A stretch of DNA of 15,556 nt from Octopus sinensis (lineage: Eukaryota), in contig NW_021825447.1 of assembly GCF_006345805.1 (NCBI RefSeq), positions 1-15,556 of the forward strand, written 5' to 3'. The notes under the pieces are model-generated. The model saw only the letters and a list, made by a program, of their open reading frames with translations, did not search any database and was not told the origin of the DNA. Position 1 is the first letter of the stretch; each line of letters starts with the position of its first letter. Both the position numbers and the translations under genes were made by a program. Of this stretch, positions 1 through 8,229 are shown one piece after another.

Positions 1-154
1 ATACATGTCCTATAAATGCTCATAACACACCTTATGCCTGTAAAATTACATATTTTTTATTAAAATACAATAGTAAGCTATAAATTTAATATCCACAATC
101 TCTATTAGAAATATAGTAAAAGTAAAAGGATGAAATTGAACTCAACCTTTCTCA

Positions 155-174
155 TATATATATATATGTATGTA

Positions 175-210
<36 letters not shown>

Positions 211-220
211 TGTATGTATG

Positions 221-269
<49 letters not shown>

Positions 270-300
270 ACATATATTAACATATATAACTATACATACC

Positions 301-338
<38 letters not shown>

Positions 339-341
339 TAC
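155..341. repeat. Compound microsatellite (TA)n/(TATG)n/(CA)n
   Basis: Direct reading of tandem di- and tetranucleotide runs. Confidence 0.95.
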
Positions 342-462
342 ACAGAGTGTGCATAAGCTATTGAAGACAGAATTATATTTATTTATTAAGATATATAATA
401 GCAGATAATAACTTTATCGAAAAATGCAATGAGGATAAAAATAAACCTTCTTTTCTATAATG

Positions 463-614
463 TTATTCACTAAAACCAACTTCAACAACTGCTTCTAAAT
501 GAGACCAAAATCATCTACATGCTTGAATCAAATGATGCTGGTTCATTGAACTTGCTGGATAAATTCAGGTGTTCTGATGATTTCAGAGTGTTTAGAATGC
601 TTTCTATGGTTTGA
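463..614 (-). pseudogene. Tc1/mariner transposase continuation fused to the C-terminal tail (catalytic core deleted)
   Basis: 614-546 reads SNHRKHSKHSEIIRTPEFIQQVQ. In a shifted frame, 546-463 reads MNQHHLIQACR*FWSHLEAVVEVGFSE*, resembling the mariner C-terminal 'LIxACxxFxxRLEAVVxAxGxxIE' motif. Confidence 0.72.
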
Positions 615-1391
615 CTAGCAGCATAGCCCGGCATTGCCCGGCTATGTAAGAAACTTTGTCGATAAGCAATGCTCTTTACCTTTTTACCCTTTTTTGTACT
701 CATTGAACCGTTATTTTGTAAAATGAAGCCTAAAAGGCATTAAGGCATTCAAGGCACCGTTCCCTGCATGCATGCATGAAGAAGTAGGGAAAATCTATTG
801 AACTTTCAAAAAATATCGCAGAAAAATCGGTTGCTATGTGTGCCACAAATGATGTAATCATCCGACTTTTTCCAGTAATACGTATCCTATTGGAATCAAA
901 AGGGCCATATAGCTCCTTGGAGCAGACATGATGCTCGCTGTGGAATTTCAAAAATAATTTCCTGCCAATTTGTTAAAGATATTGTTGAAAATTGTCATCT
1001 TGAATTTGAACACGATTTCCCAAAATGGCATGATTTTATCGATTTTTTCTGATGGTAAGGTATGCATGGAAAACTAACATCAGAATTAAGTTCCTTAGGG
1101 TAACATTAAGCTTCACCATGAGTTTAGTGAAAATCGATTGCAAGTTGCAAAAACTACAACGGAAAATGTGTTGCATATGATAAGCTTAGATTCTGGACCC
1201 CATGTCAAATTTATCGATTTTTTTCAGAACTGGGGGAACTTTTCGAAATTTTTGGTGCGTTAGTTTTGGATTATGACATTGGGCTATGTGTGTGTCAAGT
1301 TTCATCAGAATCGGTTGAAAGCCATGGTCAGGGTGAGGGTACAACTTGACAGACACACAGACAGACAAACTGCCTTTTATATATAGAGAGA
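615..1391 (-). mobile_element. Non-autonomous Helitron, 777 bp
   Basis: The minus strand begins TC(TCTCTATATATAAAAGGC...) at 1391 and ends CTAG at 615. A GC-rich subterminal hairpin lies at 622-646 (CATAGCC-C-GGC-ATT-GCC-C-GGCTATG). It is inserted between A (1392) and T (614) with no TSD. No Rep/helicase ORF is present. Confidence 0.88.
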
Positions 1392-1559
1392 TACTGGTGA
1401 TATGTTTCCATCTTCAGTCTCTAACTCCTTACAAACTTTGTAGATGAAAGATATGGCAACTTCTAAAAATTGAGATATTTCTAAATCGCTATGTTCAACC
1501 TTTATAACGATAATAACAGCATGCTTCTTCATTTCTTGAGTAAGTTGAGGGTCTGCCAT
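1392..1559 (-). pseudogene. Tc1/mariner transposase N-terminal (HTH) fragment
   Basis: MADPQLTQEMKKHAVIIVIKVEHSDLEISQFLEVAISFIYKVCKELETEDGNISPV resembles N-termini of invertebrate mariner-like transposases (recalled). The frame continues at 614 once the Helitron is removed. Confidence 0.75.
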
Positions 1560-1651
1560 TATTATTTTCTGAAACAAAAATTATACATAGTTAGCAAGAA
1601 ATGCAGCAATGACCCCAAAAAGGTATGTCCTCAAATATCTTACGCACCCTG

Positions 1652-1660
1652 TATATATAT

Positions 1661-1717
<57 letters not shown>

Positions 1718-1752
1718 ACCACACATATAATATATATGTAGATATATATATA
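1652..1752. repeat. (TA)n/(CA)n microsatellite
   Basis: Direct reading. Confidence 0.9.
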
Positions 1753-1812
1753 GTACGTTTAAATATTTGTTGTGCAAGATTTTTTATGTGAAGTCATGTG
1801 TTGAAACAGATA

Positions 1813-2241
1813 GTTATATTTCGGAATGGTCATTTTGCCAGTTTAGCCAATAAAAAAACACGCACTATATATTGGTGTTATTTTGCTTCAGTGATATTTT
1901 TTTTTTACATTAATCTTAATCTTATTTCGGCCAGAGTTCTTTCGTCACACCTGTGACTGCATCAGTGGTCCTTTGTTTCTTCTTTCTTATTTGTTGTGTC
2001 TCTCCTTACTAACCGTCAGCCATTTTGTATTTCTATTTTAGTAAGGAGAGACACAAAACAAATAAGAAAGAAGAAAACAAAGGAGCACTGATGCAGTCAC
2101 AGGAGTGTGACGAAAGAACTCTGGCCGAAATAAGATTAAGATTAAAGTAAAAAATAAATATCACTGAAGCAAAATAACACCAAATATATAGTGCGTGTGT
2201 TTATTGGCTAAACTGGCAATATGACCATTCCGAAATATAAC
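1813..2241. repeat. Long inverted repeat / foldback element (~200-bp arms, 25-nt spacer)
   Basis: 1813-2012 is the near-perfect reverse complement of 2038-2241, with few substitutions and small indels. The spacer is 2013-2037. Confidence 0.95.
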
Positions 2242-2249
2242 AAGATATA

Positions 2250-2289
<40 letters not shown>

Positions 2290-2295
2290 CATATA

Positions 2296-2435
2296 TTTTA
2301 TTGGGTCTGGGGAGAGTCATTCTCTTTTAGTGCCTTATTATTTAACACACTCACTGGTAAAATTTCCACTTATTTCTTATTTTATTTTCTAAAAATTTTC
2401 GTTGCGTCTTGCAACCTTTTCAGTAGTTTTGACTC
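2296..2435 (-). mobile_element. Possible Penelope-like 3' terminal fragment with degenerate hammerhead-like motif
   Basis: The minus strand at 2426-2389 reads CTA-CTGAAAA-G-GTTGC-aagac-GCAAC-GAAA-ATTTT-TAG, then ~90 nt to a (TA)n array. There is no coding evidence. Confidence 0.35.
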
Positions 2436-2467
2436 TGTCCATTATTTACACTGCATTCCCTTTTGTT

Positions 2468-2628
2468 TGTTTGTGCACATGTGTGTGGGTCAGTGGGTCA
2501 GTATGTATGTGTGCCTATACATGCATGCATGTACGTATGTATGTGTGTGTTTGCATGTGTATGTATATATGTGTGTGTATGCATATGTATGTGTGTGTGT
2601 GCATCTGTATGTATGTATCCTGCATACA
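2468..2628. repeat. Degenerate (GT)n/(ATGT)n microsatellite
   Basis: Direct reading. Confidence 0.9.
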
Positions 2629-3203
2629 TGAGTAAAACGACCCCCCCCCCGTCCAATGGACGGTGCTGAGTTGTCAAACATTTAAACTAAATTTTCTCAA
2701 AACAACTTGTCTGACCGTCCTATAGGCCTTCCCTTTGAGAAACACTGATTTAACCTAAATTTGTGACACCAGCAAAAGAAGAAATAAGGATAGACTTTTT
2801 CTCGCATACGCATAGTATCGATCACAACAGCTGATGTACTTGCATGTACAAATGCACATTCCCATGGCTTTATTGATCGCATTCTCACCTGGAATTGATT
2901 TTTGCAATTTAAAATAATTAAGTTAATGTCCGGTCATAGAGTGACCCATGGTTATGCATCCACAAAGGGCTTAGCGTCATGGATGTCTCATTATCCAAAG
3001 ACAAATATATTAATATATCGTTTGTAAAAAATATAAATCTGAAAAAAGATGCACACTCTAAGATGTAGAGCAGTATATATTTTTAAGAGATCATGGGTCA
3101 ATAGGTTCTGGGGATCTGATACTACACCATAAAGCTAAATCCTTTATGGACAGGAAACCTAAGGTAGTTCTATAAACTAGACTCCCTCATTTTTTATTCA
3201 TAT

Positions 3204-3604
3204 AGGCAGAGGAGTGGCTGTGTGGTAAGTAGCTTGCTTACCAACCACATAGTTCCGGGTTCAGTCCCACTGTGTGGCACCTTGGGCAAGTGTCTTCTAC
3301 TATAGCCTCGGACTGACCAAAGCCTTGTGAGTGGATTTGGTAGACGGAAACTGAAAGAAGCCTGTCGTGTATGTGTATGTGTTTGTGTGTGTGTCTGTGT
3401 TTGTCCCCCTAGCATCGCTTGACAACCGATGCTGGTGTGTTTATGTCCCCGTAACTTAGCGGTTCGGCAAAAGGGGCCAATAGAATAAGTACTAGGCTTA
3501 CAAAGAATAAGTCCTGGGGTCGATTTGCTCGACTAAAGGCAGTGCTCCAGCATGGCCACAGTCTAATGACTGAAACAAGTAAAAAAATAAAAGAATAAAA
3601 AGAA
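3204..3604 (+). mobile_element. tRNA-derived SINE, family A (CORE-like domain; octopus OK/OR-type), full length
   Basis: tRNA-like head (TGGCTGTGTGGTAAG ... GGTTCAGTCCCA), CORE-like ACCTTGGGCAAGTGTCTT, internal (GT)n and an A-rich TAAAAGA tail. It aligns by eye with copies at 9641, 10572, 3950 and 14425. Confidence 0.9.
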
Positions 3605-3660
3605 TATATATATATTGTGCATGCACACACACACACACATACATATGTATGTATTATCTG

Positions 3661-3882
3661 TGTGTGTGACTTTGTGTTTGTGTTTGTCCCTGCCACTGCT
3701 TGACAGTCAGTGTTGGTTTTCTCACATCCACATAACTTAGCAGTTTGACAAGGAGACTGATAAAATAAGTACCAGACTTAATATAAACACAGGTGGGGGG
3801 TGAATATTTGGTTAAAACTCTGTGGAGGTAGTGCCCCAGCATGACCACAGTTCAATGACGAAAACTAGTAAGTTAAGAATAT
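3661..3882 (+). mobile_element. SINE family A, diverged 3' half
   Basis: Matches the 3' half of 3204-3604 (TGTTTGTCCC...GCTTGAC...TAACTTAGCAGTT...AATAAGTAC...GTGCCCCAGCATG...CACAG). Confidence 0.8.
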
Positions 3883-3949
3883 AAACAAGTATATATAAAA
3901 CCAAAAGAGGAAGGAAGAGAGATTCTATGAACAGAAAAAAAAGAGACAT

Positions 3950-4113
3950 AGGTGCATATGTGGCTGCGTTTGTAAGAAGCTCACTTCCCAACCACATGGT
4001 TCCAGGTTCAGTCCCACTGCATGGCACCTTAGACAAGTGTCTTCTACTATAGCCTCAGGCCAACCAAAGCCCTGTGAGTGGATTTGACAGACAGAAACTG
4101 AAACAACCCCATC
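3950..4113 (+). mobile_element. SINE family A, 5' half
   Basis: Head and CORE-like segment match 3204-3365. It ends at the internal simple repeat. Confidence 0.88.
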
Positions 4114-4356
4114 TATATATATATTTTCCAAAAAGACAAAAATATTTTTCTCCTCTTCTAAACAAAGCAAAAAAAAAAACAACATCCGATTGTTATACAA
4201 AGGAATATTCTGTTTTTTATCATTTTGATTTTGTCTTGACGAGTTCGATAAATAAAGCGCTAATAGAGAATTATCCAAAATTCTGATTGTCTCCTTTTTC
4301 TCAATTTACAATATTTGTACACCTCTTCAAACATTATATATATATATACACATATA

Positions 4357-4480
4357 TTATAATACTAAAACGCTAGAAGATGTTTGTCTGTACGCGAAAT
4401 ATCTCAGAAATAGTATATTTCATCTTAATTTTTTTTGCATATTTATTTTCATATTTACCTTTGGCATTGATACTTTTGTG
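4357..4480 (+). mobile_element. Possible degenerate 5' end of a non-autonomous Helitron-like element
   Basis: ATAATACTAAAACGCTAGAAGATGTTTGTCTGTACGCGAAATATCTCAGAAA resembles recalled 5' ends of Lep1-type Helitrons and the layout of the 615-1391 element. No matching hairpin/CTAG 3' end was found. Confidence 0.35.
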
Positions 4481-4984
4481 ATATTTGAATCTCTATTTAT
4501 TAATGAAAATGATTAAACACAATTTTTGTCTGTTATTTCTTAATGAAAAAACATGGCTTCCATGACATCAACATACATATACACATACAGAATACACACA
4601 CATATGATAAATGTCATGGTCAGTCAATCAACACAAACACACGTCCGCTATCTGTGACATATACACACACATAGTCCTCGTGCTCTCCAAGGAAAGATGT
4701 CGACTTTTTGACATACACAATATTTTAATCATTTAGAAATATTTTTAACTGCATGTGATTTCAAAAATGTAAGTTGTTTGTACAGTAAGTATTTATATTT
4801 TAGCTTTCTTTAAACAGACAATATTTTTATTTTTTTATTATTATTTTCAAGTCAATAGCAATCTTCACTTTGACTATCAGAACTGTCATCCGGAATTCGT
4901 TACTTTTCATAAAATTTTAATTTTTTTACTTTTGTTTTAAAGGGAAAGTGAGGAGAAAGTAAAAGATGTATTATAAGTGTATAT

Positions 4985-5290
4985 GAAATGGACGTGTGTG
5001 TTTGTGTGTGTGAAAGAGAATAGAGAGAAAGAGATATATATATATAGAGAGAGAGAGAAAGGAAGAGAGAGAGGGAAAGAGAAAGAAAAAGGGAGAGTGA
5101 GTGAAAGGGTGTCTTGTATAGGTACATACATAATTGCATGTGTATATCTTCTTTGTATATACGTGTGCATGTGTGTGTATGTGTGTGTGAGAGAGAGAGA
5201 AAGAGAGAATGAGTGAACATGTGTGTTCTCCTGTTTGTGTAAGTGGCACTTTCTCTTGCTCTCTTCCTCTCTCTTTCACACACACACACG
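4985..5290. repeat. (GA)n/(GT)n/(TC)n low-complexity tract
   Basis: Direct reading. Confidence 0.85.
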
Positions 5291-5486
5291 CATCCATTTC
5301 GTATACACATTCATACATCTTTCACTTTAAAAGAAAAGTAAATAGATAAAAAATTTTTTATGGAAATTAATGAACAATACCAGCTGATTCAGATGACAGT
5401 TCTGAGAGTTGAAGCGAATGATTGCTCCAAGGAAATACTATTACAAAGGATTTTTCAAGTGCATTCACTGTATCTCAGTTCCAAAG

Positions 5487-5597
5487 ATTTGGCTGCTATT
5501 TCTAGCATGCCCTACTACCACGTAACAGGTATTTGTGATAAAGGACTAGAAATACCTGTTACATGGTAGCAGGGCAGGCAAGACATAGCAGCCAAAT
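5487..5597. other. 111-nt imperfect hairpin (48-bp arms, 15-nt loop); candidate ncRNA precursor or small MITE
   Basis: 5487-5534 pairs with 5550-5597 with 5 mismatches, two of which become G-U wobbles on the minus strand. Confidence 0.85.
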
Positions 5598-5759
5598 GTT
5601 TCCTTTTCCGGGGAAAAGAGCCATTTACCTGTGATTTTAATGTCACATTCATTGAAAGCATGCAAAATAACTTGGTAAAGGAAAAAAATCCAAGAAACAA
5701 AACCTCGTTGCTGGGAAACTCAGACTTTCCAGGTAACCCTACAGGTCATGAGTAGTCTA

Positions 5760-5792
<33 letters not shown>

Positions 5793-5944
5793 TGAGAAGT
5801 TGGTGTGTGAAAGCACGTGGTTGAATATATAGAAAATAGTAAAAAGTGAAAAAAGCTACAGAAGGCTTGTTTTAAAAGGTTAAAAAATATATTTGAGTCA
5901 TTATGTCAGAAGAATGTTATACAATTTTTTCATAGTGACATAGT

Positions 5945-5992
5945 TTTTGAAGAAATTACCGGTTTCGTGTTAACTTTTCAAATTTCTCAAAA
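5945..5992 (-). ncRNA. Minimal type I hammerhead ribozyme-like motif (U3-A8 core variant)
   Basis: The minus strand reads TTTTGA-GAAAT / TTGAAAA / GT-TAAC-AC / GAAA-C-CG-G-TA / ATTTC-T-TCAAAA. It lies in the element's sense orientation downstream of the ORF. Confidence 0.75.
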
Positions 5993-6146
5993 CATCGTAT
6001 TATGTCTTTGTTATGAAGTGCAAAGAAGAGTTCCAGGTAGGGGGAGGTAATAAGCCATTTTTTCCGGTATAAGGGAGATAATCGCTTTATATTTCTTTTC
6101 CCTTTTATTTAATGGGGTGAATTTCTCTGTATAAGAATGTTAGAGT

Positions 6147-7586
6147 GGTTAAGTTTGGGCTTATATTTTTCAATGAAGAATGTTTCCTTGTTTAGTCTAA
6201 TTTGTGTTGGTGTTCCAATAGCACATTGATAAAATGGAAAGATAAAAATTGTGGTAGTAGTTGCTTTGCGCATTTCTCAATATGCTCACTAAAGGGTATC
6301 ATTCTGTATTCTGGGAATGCAATCTGTTGTCGATACAGTGTGCATCTATGTCTGAGTGATAGTCCTGTGGACCCCACGTAGTTTTGGTGGCAGCCCAAGC
6401 ATCTTATGACATAAATTATGTTTTCAGAAGCACAAGTAAAATTAGATTTGATCTTGAATTTTTGTCCCTCTTTGAAGAGGAATTCTGAGCCTTCTAGAAG
6501 GTTTGGGCATGTTGCGCAGTTTGGTCTACCACATTTTTTTACTTTTACATCCGTAATTTCAGAAAATAATTTTGCCTTTGTGAGAATCTTTTTAAGTGAT
6601 TTAAGTTGTTTGTAGCTTTTAATGATTTTATGTATGTTTAGAATTTCCTTTAATTTGGGGTCCTTATGAAGTATTGGTAAATTCTGGGTGATGATGGTGA
6701 AGGCTTCTTTGTTTCTGGGGTTGTATGTGGATATGTAAGGTAGTATTTTCGGGGAAGGTGTGTTGTTGTGTTGAACTTTTCTCAAAGTTTTTATGTCGAT
6801 TTCTGTTGCACGTCTGATCCCATCCTCTATGAGTTGACCTGGGTAGTGTCTGTCAATTAGGGTGTTTTTGAGTTCTTGTAGTCTAAGGTTCCTGGTATTT
6901 TGTTCTGACACTATTGTGCATATCCTTCTTGCAAGGTTGAAGGGGATGTTTGTTTGTGTGTCTTGGGTGGCATGAATCAAAAGTAGGTATTGTTTAGCGT
7001 CTGTGGCTATGTAAAAAATGTCTGTTTCTATTTTAAGGTTAATTTTTTTATAGTATATCTAAGAATGGGAGCTCCTTTTGGTTGTATTCCATTGTGAACT
7101 GTATATTTGGGTTGATGCTGTTCATAGGTTTTTGAATTTTAGGAGTTTATCTGTGTTTTCATTCCAGAGTATAAAACAATCGTCCAGGAATCGTTTCCAA
7201 TTCTCTTTTATGTATTGAGAGAGGGGGTTTCCAAAGGTCGATAAAGATTCCTGGTATACAATTATTTCCAGGTAGTCCATTGTTAGGTTCGCAATGACTG
7301 GTGCTGCCCTTGTACCCATAGCAATTCCGGATTTTTGACGGTAAAATGTATTGTCAAACATGAAGTGGTTATTATGTAGGATGAATTCAACTGATTTAGT
7401 AATGAATTCTTTACTGATCCTTTTTGATATTTCTTCCGGAAATTGGTCCAGCCAGAACTGTATTGCCTCTAGTCCATAATTATGAGGTATACTGGTATAT
7501 AAATTAACTACATCAAATGAAACCATGATTGTTTCTTCCTTGACTTTTTTTGGAAGGTGGTTTAACATATCCAAGTCATCTCTGAT
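6147..7586 (-). pseudogene. Penelope-like RT + GIY-YIG endonuclease ORF, frameshifted
   Basis: RT motifs SFDVVNLYTSIP, YRQKSGIAMGTRAAPVIANL and WKRFLDDCF; post-RT NSINPNIQFTMEYNQKELPFLDI and IPFNLARRIC; Cys motif CGRPNCATC; GIY-YIG-like IIYVIRCLGCHQNYVGST; C-terminal KYKPKLN. There are about four frameshifts (near 7125, 7050, 6985 and 6245). Confidence 0.93.
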
Positions 7587-7775
7587 TAAGTCTATTTATG
7601 GACATCCTCCTGAAACCCTTCCTTAAACATATCGATAGTCATATGGCTATCAATGGGCTACCTGGAAATAATTGTATACCAGGAATCTTTATCGACCTTT
7701 GGAAACCTCCTCTCTTATTACCTCCCCCTACCTGGAACTCTTCTTTGCACTTCATAACGAAGACATAACATGATG

Positions 7776-7823
7776 TTTTGAGAAATTTGAAAAGTTAACA
7801 CGAAACCGGTAATTTCTTCAAAA
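7776..7823 (+). ncRNA. Minimal type I hammerhead ribozyme-like motif (U3-A8 core variant), second copy
   Basis: Identical 48-nt sequence in the inverted terminal repeat. Predicted cleavage is 3' of A7811 (GUA triplet). Confidence 0.75.
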
Positions 7824-7930
7824 ACTATGTCACTGTATGAAAAGATTTATAACATTCTTTGCATAATGACTCAAATATATTTTTTAAACCTTTTAAACAA
7901 GCCTTCTGTATTTTTCACTTTTTACTTTTC

Positions 7931-8012
7931 TATATATATATATATTATATATATATATATATATATGAATATATATGCATGTATGTATGTATGTATGTAT
8001 ATAATATATATG

Positions 8013-8055
<43 letters not shown>

Positions 8056-8064
8056 ATATATATA
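7931..8064. repeat. (TA)n/(TATG)n microsatellite
   Basis: Direct reading. Confidence 0.92.
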
Positions 8065-8229
8065 TCATCATCATCATCATCATTTAGCGTCCGTTTTCTA
8101 TGCTAGCATGGGTTGGACGGTTCAACTGGGGTCTGTGAAGCTGGAAGGCTTCATCAGGCCCAGTCAGATTTGGCAGTGTTTCTACGGCTGGATGCCCTTC
8201 CTAACGCCAACCACTCCGTGAGTGTAGTG

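Larger units (their letters stand above)
343..1651 (-). mobile_element. Internally deleted Tc1/mariner-superfamily DNA transposon, interrupted by a Helitron
   Basis: Degenerate TIRs: CAGAGTGTGCATAAGCTATTGAAGACA at 343-369 versus the reverse complement of 1626-1651, CAGGGTGCGTAAGATATTTGAGGACA. TA follows at 1652 and both ends abut TA/CA microsatellite. Transposase N- and C-terminal remnants lie inside on the minus strand. Confidence 0.8.
5791..7930 (-). mobile_element. Penelope-like retroelement (probably Neptune-type), 5'-truncated, with inverted terminal repeats
   Basis: RT and GIY-YIG coding remnants lie on the minus strand. 5826-6054 is an inverted repeat of 7714-7935. Both ends are embedded in (TA)n arrays. 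Confidence 0.93.

Noticed and set aside
130-408. ORF with YI/YVCM/HT runs (likewise 1609-1791, 2221-2681, 4900-5318, 7827-8221, 12320-12634)
   Set aside because: These are translations of microsatellites, which lack stop codons by construction. They have no protein-like content.
2106-2140. Alternative hammerhead parse GTGACGA...GGCCGAAA in the foldback arm
   Set aside because: G at position 3, no stem II pairing and no stem I. The upstream parse fits better.
2630-2970. Segment with small hairpins (CCGTCC-AAT-GGACGG, GGTCA-TAGAG-TGACC) and an AAAGGG near the end, suggesting a piggyBac- or Helentron-like relic
   Set aside because: I found no paired TIRs, no TTAA TSD and no convincing termini. 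It is probably an old repeat but cannot be classified from sequence alone.
3204-3290. tRNA gene calls at SINE heads (also 9641, 10572, 12987, 13494)
   Set aside because: They have A/B-box-like motifs but no intact cloverleaf, and each continues into a repeated SINE body.
5360-5569. 69-aa ORF overlapping the hairpin
   Set aside because: No recognisable domain or convincing splice context. Its 3' part is dictated by the inverted repeat.
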